This document shows, in pieces, positions 1-8,225 of a DNA stretch of 61,577 nt; within the stretch, counting starts at the first letter, position 1; each line of letters opens with the position of its first letter. The DNA lies in IMG/VR virus record IMGVR_UViG_3300033153_010015, positions 1 through 61,577 of that record. One strand, written 5' to 3'. This stretch comes from a virus. Taxonomy: Duplodnaviria > Caudoviricetes. Made by a program: the position numbers and the translations under genes. The notes beneath the pieces were generated by a model. The model was not told the origin of the DNA. It ran no database searches and saw only the letters and a program-made list of their open reading frames with translations.

Positions 1-114
1 TCGGCCTGCTTGGGCATGAGCCGGAACCCTTCAGCATACGCCTCTGCCAGTATATTCATCTGGCTGTATGCCTCGACCTCCTCCGGGGCGAGGGGGAGGC
101 AGATAGGCAGCTCC
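1..114. repeat. Terminal direct repeat, left copy (circular assembly overlap)
   Basis: 1-114 is identical to 61464-61577, and the helicase ORF reads through the join. Confidence 0.95.
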
Positions 115-227
115 AACACCCTCTTCACTTCGTCCGACTGCATCGATCCTTGCTGGATGGCGAAGGCGGGCTGCTGCGGGGGTGGAGGGGCTATTGCTAT
201 TCTTGGTACGGCGTCGAACAGGCTCAC
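1..227 (-). CDS. 5' part of the SF2 helicase (continues across the join into 61463..59588)
   Basis: The frame of MNILAE (ATG at 59 = 61522) stays open up to GTG at 227, giving MSLFDAVPRIAIAPPPPQQ...; GTGA overlaps the stop of the upstream gene. Confidence 0.8.
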   Translation of the reverse strand, partial: MSLFDAVPRIAIAPPPPQQPAFAIQQGSMQSDEVKRVLELPICLPLAPEEVEAYSQMNILAEAYAEGFRLMPKQA

Positions 228-382
228 TGGGCAAGTACCAGGTAGTGGCGGACAGCCCAGCATATTGCTCCAACGGCAATCGTGGTGACTACAGCACCTG
301 CAGCTATTACGATATAGATGCAGCCTACGCATCCATTGGCGCAGCCGTTCACTAATTTATCCTCTGCCTCGTTGCTGATCAT
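224..382 (-). CDS. Small membrane protein
   Basis: MISNEAEDK... with one hydrophobic helix; ATGA overlap with the upstream gene. Confidence 0.6.
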   Translation of the reverse strand: MISNEAEDKLVNGCANGCVGCIYIVIAAGAVVTTIAVGAICWAVRHYLVLAQ

Positions 383-717
383 TGGCTTTTCCCCTGAATA
401 ATGCCTTCGAGTTCTACGTTGGCCTTCTCGATAGCTGCGGCCGATCGGAGGCACAGATCCTTGAAGCTGCCCTTCTCGTGCTTGTTCTGATGTTTCCAGT
501 TGGCCTTGACGACCCGGGAGGCAGCCTGGAACGTCTTCTTGGTCATCTGATCCATGTAGAGGCTGTTCTCGAATCGTGGGCGGGCTGTTACGTCGCCTCC
601 CTCGTGATCCTTCGCGAGGGCCAGGAGGACTTGCCGGCGGGCTGACGCCTTGGCCAGGCGGGTGAAGAGTCTTTTGTCTGCTTTTTTCATGCTACCTCTG
701 GAAGTGTTTTCGGCCAA
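379..717 (-). CDS. Hypothetical protein (start may be MKKADK at ~690)
   Basis: ORF tiles tightly with its neighbours on the coding strand. Confidence 0.65.
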   Translation of the reverse strand: MAENTSRGSMKKADKRLFTRLAKASARRQVLLALAKDHEGGDVTARPRFENSLYMDQMTKKTFQAASRVVKANWKHQNKHEKGSFKDLCLRSAAAIEKANVELEGIIQGKSQ

Positions 718-1228
718 CGCCGCCGAAGGTTCGACTGTGGTGGCCCTTGGAGGGATGCTTCGGGACGGGGTGGTCGTGCGGGTCGCAGTAAGGCTCCCTG
801 TACTCGAGCGTCAAGCTCTTAAATGCGTCTGTGGAGATGGGTGCAGCCTCGTCTCGGATCATCTTCAAGACCTCCAGTCCTTGTTCCTCAGTGGTGCTTT
901 CAGGAAGCGTGTCGACAACCGCCACATCAATGCCTTTCAAAGATGCTTCGAGGTAGAGTCGATGGAAGGCTGAGCCCGACAGGTGAGGGTTTCCGCAGAT
1001 TAGAACTTTGATTCTCCCTGGGGGACGAACGGGCATTCCGATGCCTTTAACACCTTTAAGTCGCGACACGGCCTCTGTCGTGGCCTTTGCGGACGCCTCT
1101 ACACGACTCTTGGCCAATCGGCATTGGATTGCGTAGATATTCTTACCTGCACCTGCCTGTAGAAGCGCCTTCTGGCTGACTGTCAGCTCTAGGCCCATAT
1201 GTTTTTCTGCGAATTCTTCAGCGTCCAT
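692..1228 (-). CDS. Hypothetical protein
   Basis: 178-aa ORF with GGAGGGAG RBS upstream. Confidence 0.7.
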   Translation of the reverse strand: MDAEEFAEKHMGLELTVSQKALLQAGAGKNIYAIQCRLAKSRVEASAKATTEAVSRLKGVKGIGMPVRPPGRIKVLICGNPHLSGSAFHRLYLEASLKGIDVAVVDTLPESTTEEQGLEVLKMIRDEAAPISTDAFKSLTLEYREPYCDPHDHPVPKHPSKGHHSRTFGGVGRKHFQR

Positions 1229-1244
1229 AACTCCCTCCAGAGTT

Positions 1245-1403
1245 AAAAAGATTGGCGAGGATCGGTGCCTTCAGGATGGCGAATCACAAGGAGAGAAGGC
1301 ATTGAATGTTAAACTCTCATGACCATCTTGGTTGTGATAAGGAAGTCCTTTACCTATTGAGGCTGCTGCTCCTGCAGCTACGACTTCCTGTGATCCTCGC
1401 CAA
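1245..1403 (-). ncRNA. Candidate structured ncRNA with two potential pseudoknots
   Basis: 12-bp closing stem (1252-1263/1392-1403), internal 8-, 7- and 5-bp stems, two crossing pairings and a downstream U-tract; fills the whole intergenic space. Confidence 0.7.
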
Positions 1404-1408
1404 AGTGT

Positions 1409-3586
1409 TTACTTGGTGCCGACGACGACCAGATCGGCGTGGGGCATCAGCGACTCGATGAACGTGTTGTAGTCCGTCGCGCCTGTGCCGACCTGGATCG
1501 CTACGACCGCACCGCCGAGGATCTGCTCCACGACTGCCGGGGCGTAGGATACGATAGCATCCCGACGCTTGAACGGATCGAGGTGCATGAAGTGCTCAGC
1601 GCCGTAGTGTGCAGCGATTGCTGCCTTGGTGTTCTCGAACAGCACGAACGCGTCCTGAGGAGCCTTCTTGCCGGACCCTGCCATACCTTTATGGGGCATG
1701 CAGTTGATGAACAGGGTGATCCGATCCTTGGCCTTCTTATCGCCAACGCCGGTAGGCAGGGCCTCAGTGGCGGCTTGAGGTTCGACCGGAGCAGCTGCGA
1801 CCGGAGTAGTGGGAGCAGCAGGCTCGACAGGAGCGACGGGCTCGGCGGCGGCAGGGGCTACCGGCTCGGGGGTAACAACCGGAGTCTCGGTGTCCTCGAG
1901 GGATCCTTCGCAGATGCCTGCAGCTACAGCTTCGGGGCTGGTGGCACGAGCACTGGTCGGAGTCCAGACGATGCGGTTGCCCTCGACCTTGATCTCGTAG
2001 TCCTTGGACTCGATGTCCTGGGACTTCCGCTGACGCATGTCGCAGATGTGGCAAGGGCCGCCATTACTGTTAAAGCCCCGGATCTTGTTGGTTGTACATG
2101 CGGTACAGCCCTCGTTTGCCCAGGGAGCAGCACCGATCTGGACGATGGGTGCCGAAGGCGGTGCCGGGGCGGGTTCGGGAGTTGGTGCTGCGGCGGGTGC
2201 TGCGGCTACCGGCGATGCTGGAGAGGCGACTTCACCTCCTGCGAAAATGCCTGTAGTTGCGGGAGCTGCCGGCGCTTGAGCTACCGGAGACGCGGGAGCT
2301 GCGTTGCCCGTCTGCTCGCCCTTTGCTTTGTCGAAAATGCCCATACTGGTTCCTTGTTTTTCGTTGTGTTGTCCAATTTGCGGTATATTTAACTTATCCC
2401 TTTTACAGGATACTTCAAATCGCTTCTCAAAACTTTCCTCGTTGATTTTTCCGTCGCAGATATCCTGAAACTCACAACCCCGGTACTCATCGCATACCGT
2501 CTGGTTGCTGGGCTCCGGGATGTCGAAGGCCGACCGGGCGTTCTCCCGTATCCTGGCCATCTCAGCAATGGCCGGCATGATGCGGGTTACCCAAAAGTGG
2601 GCTACCTTGACGGCCGGTACCGATGCGGTTGCTTCGGTGACGCTGGGCTTTCCTTTGAGGTTGTTGTCACGGTCCCGGGGGATGATGAACTGGTTGTGAC
2701 GCAGCTCGATACTGTCTGGCCACTCGCTCTCCTCCTGCCCGAACAGCTTGACCATAAATGCGTACATGAGCATGGGGACGTCTTCGGCGAGGTCCTTGGA
2801 CTTCTTGAGCCACTTCTTGTCCTTGGTCGTCTTATGGTCTTCGATTCCGTGAGGAGAGGAATAGTCGACGTCGCCCCAGAAGTTGACGTTGATGTTCTTG
2901 GCGCCCGTGCCTTTACATGCAGCACATGGCCCTGCCGTGGGGATGGGGTGGTCTCCCGCGGAGTAGGTCTCGCCCTTGCCGGCGCATTCGCGGCACTTGA
3001 CCGATACTGTGGTGATCTGGCCGCGAAGCTCTACCTCTGCAACTCCACCGTGCTGCCGGCGGATGATGCCCTCGTCGACTGCTGCCTGGAAGACTGCGCG
3101 CAGGACCAACTGCTCCCCGGGGGAGAGGGGATCGGCTCCCTCGCTGCCGAACTTCTCTTCAGGCTGCTCCCAACCGTCGGGGAAGCAGTCGACCGGGAGG
3201 TTGGTCTTGACGTCCCGGCCGAGGCCGTCGGCGCTCAGGTGTCGTTCTGCTACGGAATGCAGGCAGGTGCCGAAGGCTTGAGACTTGTTCTGCTTGCCCC
3301 GGAGGCCTCGCACCTTACTGAGCCACCACCATCGGTGGCAGGACTTATTCTTGCCTGATCCGATGAATCTGCTCATTGCCGACGGGGAGACGGTGAAGGC
3401 GGTGCCGTCGAGGACTTTAAGGAGCCATTCGCGGCGGGGGAATAAGTCCTCCTCGGAATCGTTCTCGTTGTTGATCGTCGCGTAAGCGTGCTTGGTGCAA
3501 CACCAGATCAGATCGGGTGCCCCTTCGATGTAGGCTCCGCATCCTGCAGGAGCCGGTTTGCCGCAGTGGTAGCAGGTTCTACTCAT
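1409..3586 (-). CDS. PD-(D/E)XK (RecB/Cas4-like) exonuclease with a Zn-finger insert and a long Pro/Ala-rich C-terminal extension
   Basis: SPSAMSRF..CHRWWW, AFGTCLHSVAE, GDVD..IEDHKT and C..Y.GC.FQDIC motifs; CRECAGKG/CAACKGTG insert. Confidence 0.8.
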   Translation of the reverse strand: MSRTCYHCGKPAPAGCGAYIEGAPDLIWCCTKHAYATINNENDSEEDLFPRREWLLKVLDGTAFTVSPSAMSRFIGSGKNKSCHRWWWLSKVRGLRGKQNKSQAFGTCLHSVAERHLSADGLGRDVKTNLPVDCFPDGWEQPEEKFGSEGADPLSPGEQLVLRAVFQAAVDEGIIRRQHGGVAEVELRGQITTVSVKCRECAGKGETYSAGDHPIPTAGPCAACKGTGAKNINVNFWGDVDYSSPHGIEDHKTTKDKKWLKKSKDLAEDVPMLMYAFMVKLFGQEESEWPDSIELRHNQFIIPRDRDNNLKGKPSVTEATASVPAVKVAHFWVTRIMPAIAEMARIRENARSAFDIPEPSNQTVCDEYRGCEFQDICDGKINEESFEKRFEVSCKRDKLNIPQIGQHNEKQGTSMGIFDKAKGEQTGNAAPASPVAQAPAAPATTGIFAGGEVASPASPVAAAPAAAPTPEPAPAPPSAPIVQIGAAPWANEGCTACTTNKIRGFNSNGGPCHICDMRQRKSQDIESKDYEIKVEGNRIVWTPTSARATSPEAVAAGICEGSLEDTETPVVTPEPVAPAAAEPVAPVEPAAPTTPVAAAPVEPQAATEALPTGVGDKKAKDRITLFINCMPHKGMAGSGKKAPQDAFVLFENTKAAIAAHYGAEHFMHLDPFKRRDAIVSYAPAVVEQILGGAVVAIQVGTGATDYNTFIESLMPHADLVVVGTK
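2391..2418 (-). promoter_or_regulatory. Putative internal promoter within the exonuclease gene
   Basis: TTGAAG-N16-TAAGTT in an AT-rich patch, followed by AAGGA and an in-frame ATG at 2344. Confidence 0.5.
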
Positions 3587-3720
3587 CGATCTTCCTCCAG
3601 CCTCTTTAAGCGCCTTTCAAGGCCTGCGACTCGGAGTTTAGCGGCCCCGATGTCTGCATCCAGCATCAGGCCTATACCCAAAGGGATCACGAGTGACATC
3701 AATATAAATAGCCAGATCAT
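3583..3720 (-). CDS. Small membrane protein, 45 aa (not in the ORF track)
   Basis: MIWLFILMSLVIPLGIGLMLDADIGAAKLRVAGLERRLKRLEEDR; ATGA overlap with the exonuclease start. Confidence 0.6.
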   Translation of the reverse strand: MIWLFILMSLVIPLGIGLMLDADIGAAKLRVAGLERRLKRLEEDR

Positions 3721-3944
3721 TTACGGTCTTCCTCGCTTGATGTTTCCAGCTGCGCTGGCTTACGAATACCCGCCAGCATTTGAATGTACTGTTCCTGCTC
3801 TTCCTGCTTATCTTCCAGCTTCTTAACCTTGTCAGCAAGCTCCTGGTTGTTGCTGTTAAGGACCTTCTGGGCCTTCTTGATCAGGTGCTGCCCCGCGATG
3901 CTGATGAGCATGTACAGGAAGAATATGAGTTCAATGGGTGTCAT
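3717..3944 (-). CDS. Small membrane-anchored coiled-coil protein
   Basis: N-terminal hydrophobic segment followed by a heptad pattern. Confidence 0.6.
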   Translation of the reverse strand: MTPIELIFFLYMLISIAGQHLIKKAQKVLNSNNQELADKVKKLEDKQEEQEQYIQMLAGIRKPAQLETSSEEDRK

Positions 3945-4299
3945 TCCTGGCCTCCTGGTAATCTTCTGGACGGCAGTACGGGCAGGGGCACTGGTACCAC
4001 ACCACCCCTATCTTTTCCGTCCGAGGGTTGGTCTTTCCGTGTCCTGTGCCCCTACAGTACGGGCAATAGTGGTCCTCAGGTAGGACGTCCTGGACCTTGT
4101 GGACGATCTCGATGTTGCTCTGCTGGAGAGTTCTTGTAATCTCAGGATTGACTCCAAACCCGAGCTGCAGCACCTTGACGTTGTGTAGCCCGTGACAGTA
4201 TTCCGGACGGCTAAGGTATTTCCACCTGCCTCCAGACACGTCTTTAGATTGCATCACTCGGTGGGCGTGTTTATACGATTGCGCAATTACGAGGATCAT
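3931..4299 (-). CDS. Hypothetical protein with a C-terminal Zn finger
   Basis: GGAGGAG RBS and ATG at 4299; CPYCRGTG...CPCPYC. Confidence 0.65.
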   Translation of the reverse strand: MILVIAQSYKHAHRVMQSKDVSGGRWKYLSRPEYCHGLHNVKVLQLGFGVNPEITRTLQQSNIEIVHKVQDVLPEDHYCPYCRGTGHGKTNPRTEKIGVVWYQCPCPYCRPEDYQEARNDTH

Positions 4300-4472
4300 T
4301 TCTCCTCCTCCGGTATCCAGCACCTGAAGCAGCAGCCGCCGTTCTTGTGGCTGCCGTGGTACATGTTCCCGCACTTGGGGCACCGATGGCAGTACTCCTG
4401 AAGCTTCGGGCTTACTGGCCAATCGTGCTCGGTCCTGCGTTTACTGGTTCTCGCTACTTTCTGCATGCCCAT
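4296..4472 (-). CDS. Small Zn-finger protein, 58 aa (not in the ORF track)
   Basis: MGMQKVAR...CHRCPKCG...CCFRC; fills the gap after the primase gene. Confidence 0.55.
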   Translation of the reverse strand: MGMQKVARTSKRRTEHDWPVSPKLQEYCHRCPKCGNMYHGSHKNGGCCFRCWIPEEEK

Positions 4473-4474
4473 GT

Positions 4475-7081
4475 TTATTTTCCGTAGTTTTGGTGTTGCT
4501 CAATAAGCTTGCGAAGCTTCTTGCACTGATGCCCGTACCGCTCTGCTTCCTTCAGCAAGAGGTGCAGGTCGATCTGGTGCCAGAGGTGCTTGCCTTCATC
4601 TTCGTGCCCCGGCATGATCATAGGTACCGTCTTGCATGTGACCAGGTTGCAGAGGACTTTATCGATCGTCTTGATATTGAGTTTGAAGTTGGTCTTGTCG
4701 GCGAACCTGCAGTGGTACAGATTGTCGATGGCCGTGGTCAGTACCCATACGCCATTGCTGCCAATGAACACGCCGCGGTCGACGTTGCTGGGATTCTCGA
4801 TCATGGCGATCAGGCACTCGACTACCGGGGTGGTGTGCCCTGAGGTGAGCATTCGGTGCATGAGGTCGGTGTGCCCTGCCACGTTGCCCTGCATGACGAA
4901 GCGGTTGTCCTTCTGGTATCGATGGCGATTGTGGTACAGGTACATGAAGTGCTGGGCCACGATATAGTCGCTCACGCCCGTTCCGTCGCCGCGTACCCAC
5001 CTGTTGCCTTTCTTGGCGGTGTATTCCCGCCCTCCGAGGCTCTGGAGGTAGTCGCCAGCCTCGTTGGTGTTCTCAAAGTGGTACAATCTATCGGCGATTG
5101 CCCGCCGGTCTTCAGGAGAGAGATCCTTATTGCCCGCCAGCTCCTGGACCATCTCATCGTTGTTGGCGGTGAGGAGGATCCTGACAGGATTATTTATTTG
5201 CATGAGAGGCTTATGCTTCTCGTCGACCGTAATGGTATCCCCTCCTGTGAGCTCCCGGAAGACTCCGCTGATCTCTCTGTCCTTCTTGGCAGGCCAGCTT
5301 TCGTTGACCAGCAGGAAGGGGCTCTTCAGCAGGCCTGACTGGTACTGCCCTACGATGTCCCGGGCCGACGCAAGGAACGGCTCCTGAAGGCATTCAACGA
5401 GCCCCTCAACGAGCATCTTCTTGCCTACCCCTGGAGGTCCGACGATAGACATGGCGCACATTGGCCCGTCTTCGAAGCTGAGGGAGTAGGAGATCCACTT
5501 GCACAGAGCCGAGTAGTGCTCCCCTCCGAGCAGCTGGAGCCAGGTGTCGACCTCCTGGTTGAATACCGGCTGGACGTTCTCGCTTCTGCGGTACGCTGGC
5601 AGGACCAGGACGGCGTGGTCGGTGTTGGCGTCCTTGATGTACCCTCCCCGGATCTGGGGGACTCTGCGGATCTCTCCTACCAAAGTGGCGTGGTCGTTGA
5701 TGATCTGGGTGGGGCTCTTCTGCCGGCGGTCCCCGTCTTTGGTATAGATGTAAGGGTCAATGACGTCGGCCATGCCGGATGTGAGGATTCGGGGAATGAG
5801 GCTGTTGGCCTGCAGGAACATCTTCTCGTAGGTACCCTCGCCGGTCATCAGGCAGTAATAGGATCCGAAGCAGGCGATAGCGTGGCGCTTGATGAGGTCG
5901 TCCCTCTGTCCTTCAGGGTAGGCGGACAGATCAACCCCGGTCCACTCCTTCATGCCACTGGCCATGGCTGCCAACTTGTCGCCTGCCTCCAGCTGAGTCT
6001 CTTCGGTCTTCACGGCCTGGAGCTCCACCTTCTGGGACTCGACCTCCCACATGCGGGTGATCATGCTCCAGAGGATCTCCATCCAATCCTGATCGGGATC
6101 CAGCTCGGCTGCAGCGTCCTGGAAGATGGCGAAGATGTGCTCTGGAGTGGTATCCTGGTGGCCGTAGAGCATGCTTACCGCCTCTCCCACGTACTGCAGC
6201 ATGGTCGTATCGCGGTCGCCCGGTAGGGCCATGATGGTGTGGTTGAAGATGATGTCGAAGCATGTCCGGCCGCGGAGCCTTTTCTTGGCCCACTTATACC
6301 ACTCGGTCTGGACGGTGCGATTGTTGGAGAAGCATTCGATGAGGCACTTAGCCGTATGGTAGTCGGGGGAGTTGCCTGCGTAGGTCTTGGGAGCCGTGGC
6401 CACGTTGCCAGCCTTGATGGCTGCAGCCTCCAGCGAGTTCTCGGATACCGGCGAAAGCTGAGACAGGCTGAGGACCTCCTCCTGCCATTCAATCATAAAC
6501 CAGGGATCGTCTGACGATGCGGCTCCGTCGCGGACTACTCGAGGTGCCCGGAACAGTCTGTTCCACTCGGACGCCTTAGTATCCGGGTCGAGGCCTTGGC
6601 GTTGGAGCTCCATGTGCAGGCCCCTGATGTAGTCCTCAGTCTGCAAGGCCCTCGTCGGCTGGTCAAACATGTAGACGAGCCTGGCGCCGTGCTTGGTGGT
6701 GTAGTGGCAGGACCACTGGGCGGCTGCTCCCTGGAGGTTGGCCACCTGCTCCATCCAAGCGTAGAACAGCTCTTCGGTCATCGGTGCGTGGCCGGCGTTG
6801 TCGAAGTCGACGGCGAAGAAGTGGCAAAGGGGCGGGTGCCCTGCGGCCTCCAAAGGAAGGAGCGCCGACTTATTGATCCGAGGCCAGGAAGCTTCCCCGG
6901 CCACGTGATAGCAGCAGAAGTGGGCGTCCTGCGGGTAGTCGCTCTCAAGCACCTCCCTCAAAGTGCCGGTTATCATCGTTTTGACTTGGTTGACGTCTTC
7001 TATCCGGGAGATCCCCGGAATTGCCTTGTGAGGCAATACCCCTACCAGGAAGCTATTCATGATCCTATCCGCCTGCTGCAC
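4475..7081 (-). CDS. Primase-helicase (AEP-type primase plus P-loop NTPase of D5/DUF5906 type)
   Basis: FFAVDFD, YTTKHGARL and RLFRAP primase-like motifs; Walker A GPPGVGK, LLVNES, ILLTAN; AGGAGG RBS before GTG at 7081. Confidence 0.8.
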   Translation of the reverse strand: MQQADRIMNSFLVGVLPHKAIPGISRIEDVNQVKTMITGTLREVLESDYPQDAHFCCYHVAGEASWPRINKSALLPLEAAGHPPLCHFFAVDFDNAGHAPMTEELFYAWMEQVANLQGAAAQWSCHYTTKHGARLVYMFDQPTRALQTEDYIRGLHMELQRQGLDPDTKASEWNRLFRAPRVVRDGAASSDDPWFMIEWQEEVLSLSQLSPVSENSLEAAAIKAGNVATAPKTYAGNSPDYHTAKCLIECFSNNRTVQTEWYKWAKKRLRGRTCFDIIFNHTIMALPGDRDTTMLQYVGEAVSMLYGHQDTTPEHIFAIFQDAAAELDPDQDWMEILWSMITRMWEVESQKVELQAVKTEETQLEAGDKLAAMASGMKEWTGVDLSAYPEGQRDDLIKRHAIACFGSYYCLMTGEGTYEKMFLQANSLIPRILTSGMADVIDPYIYTKDGDRRQKSPTQIINDHATLVGEIRRVPQIRGGYIKDANTDHAVLVLPAYRRSENVQPVFNQEVDTWLQLLGGEHYSALCKWISYSLSFEDGPMCAMSIVGPPGVGKKMLVEGLVECLQEPFLASARDIVGQYQSGLLKSPFLLVNESWPAKKDREISGVFRELTGGDTITVDEKHKPLMQINNPVRILLTANNDEMVQELAGNKDLSPEDRRAIADRLYHFENTNEAGDYLQSLGGREYTAKKGNRWVRGDGTGVSDYIVAQHFMYLYHNRHRYQKDNRFVMQGNVAGHTDLMHRMLTSGHTTPVVECLIAMIENPSNVDRGVFIGSNGVWVLTTAIDNLYHCRFADKTNFKLNIKTIDKVLCNLVTCKTVPMIMPGHEDEGKHLWHQIDLHLLLKEAERYGHQCKKLRKLIEQHQNYGK

Positions 7082-7092
7082 TGCCGCTCCTC

Positions 7093-7329
7093 CTAATTCA
7101 TCACTGCCTCGTACGGAGTCAAGATGCTTTGTAATTGATTTTTGTAGTTGCGCCACGCTCCCAGCACCCTCTCGGCCTGGATATCGTCGTCCAACTTGAG
7201 CATGAGCCCTCGGCAGTGGACCACGTAATCGTCCTGAGGTTTCATGTAGAACACGCGCACCACGTTGGCAAGGTCGATGTACTGCCAAGAGCCGTCCTTG
7301 TATTCAACCCTGAACAGAGGCTCTTGCAT
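7093..7329 (-). CDS. Hypothetical protein
   Basis: Tiled ORF with TAATG coupling. Confidence 0.6.
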   Translation of the reverse strand: MQEPLFRVEYKDGSWQYIDLANVVRVFYMKPQDDYVVHCRGLMLKLDDDIQAERVLGAWRNYKNQLQSILTPYEAVMN

Positions 7330-7544
7330 TACTCTGCCTCAACCTCAAGAACCCTCAGTAGGGTGCGACTCAACGCCATAGTCAGGCAGAGTGCGGTCAG
7401 ATCATCGTCGGCGAGGATAGACATCACCACCCCCTCCGATGCGTAGGCTGCCCGCCTCAACTGCTTCTGGACGTCCGAGGGGAGGAGGCTCAGTGCGGTC
7501 TCCTGGTCGGCTATTTGGGCCTTGACGTCTTCGAGTTCGGTCAT
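7329..7544 (-). CDS. Hypothetical protein
   Basis: GGAGG RBS; tiled ORF. Confidence 0.65.
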   Translation of the reverse strand: MTELEDVKAQIADQETALSLLPSDVQKQLRRAAYASEGVVMSILADDDLTALCLTMALSRTLLRVLEVEAE

Positions 7545-7912
7545 ACCTCCTCCGTCGGCAGGTACTGGTCCAAGTGCGAGGCTGCAGCTTCCAGCTCTTC
7601 GAGGACTTCCTCAGGCAGGTTAACGGACTGCAAGCGGGTGAGTCGGCCTTTTAGCGCCGAGATGGCGCACGTTCGCCGAATGAACAGCTGTTGCTCCTCG
7701 ATCGCCATATCCCCCGGGACTCGCAGGAGGGTGAACCCGTAGGCTTTATTGCCCTCCCTGGTGGCCTTGGTGATGTAGCTGAGGATCGACCGCTCTTCGG
7801 CGGGTGCGACGTCGTTGTTGTACATTTCCCGAGCCACGAGGCTGAGTGATGGGTAGAGTTCCGCACCGCCCGAGGTCGGGTCAACGACAATAATCTGGGT
7901 ACTTCTTTTCAT
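7541..7912 (-). CDS. Putative DNA-binding protein (NUMOD1-like HTH)
   Basis: LYPSLSLVAREM...ITKATREGNKAYGFTL resembles NUMOD1. Confidence 0.45.
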   Translation of the reverse strand: MKRSTQIIVVDPTSGGAELYPSLSLVAREMYNNDVAPAEERSILSYITKATREGNKAYGFTLLRVPGDMAIEEQQLFIRRTCAISALKGRLTRLQSVNLPEEVLEELEAAASHLDQYLPTEEV

Positions 7913-7949
7913 GGGTGTATGCTCCGTATCGTATCGTATCGAGGAAGTC

Positions 7950-7977
7950 ACTGTAACTTGGATAATTGATTTTTCAA
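7950..7977 (-). promoter_or_regulatory. Putative sigma70-type promoter for the primase operon
   Basis: TTGAAA-N16-TACAGT in an intergenic AT-rich gap. Confidence 0.55.
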
Positions 7978-7991
7978 GACTATCAGCGTTT

Positions 7992-8225
7992 TTAAGGCAC
8001 CATCAAGGCGATAGGCCAGAGGAGGAAGGAGCCCCACCGAAGCTTGGCAGCAGTCCGAAAGACCCCGTCGATCTGATCCTGCGTGGCGTCCTTCGGCAGC
8101 TCCTTGATCTTCTCCTTGAGCCAATACTGGATCTTGTGGTCGGTCTTGGACCAGACCCAGGCCCCCACCATCACCCAGGGGATGATGAAGTTGATGACTC
8201 CTGTATCGGCGATGAACTTAATCAT
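7992..8225 (-). CDS. Small membrane protein
   Basis: Two hydrophobic segments. Confidence 0.6.
   Translation of the reverse strand: MIKFIADTGVINFIIPWVMVGAWVWSKTDHKIQYWLKEKIKELPKDATQDQIDGVFRTAAKLRWGSFLLWPIALMVP

Noticed and set aside
1-114. 114-bp terminal repeat as a biological DTR
   Set aside because: It falls in the middle of the helicase gene, which reads through the join, so it is best explained as circular assembly overlap.
1409-3586. Cas4 as part of a CRISPR system
   Set aside because: It is a solo phage PD-(D/E)XK exonuclease in a replication module, with no cas1/cas2 or array.
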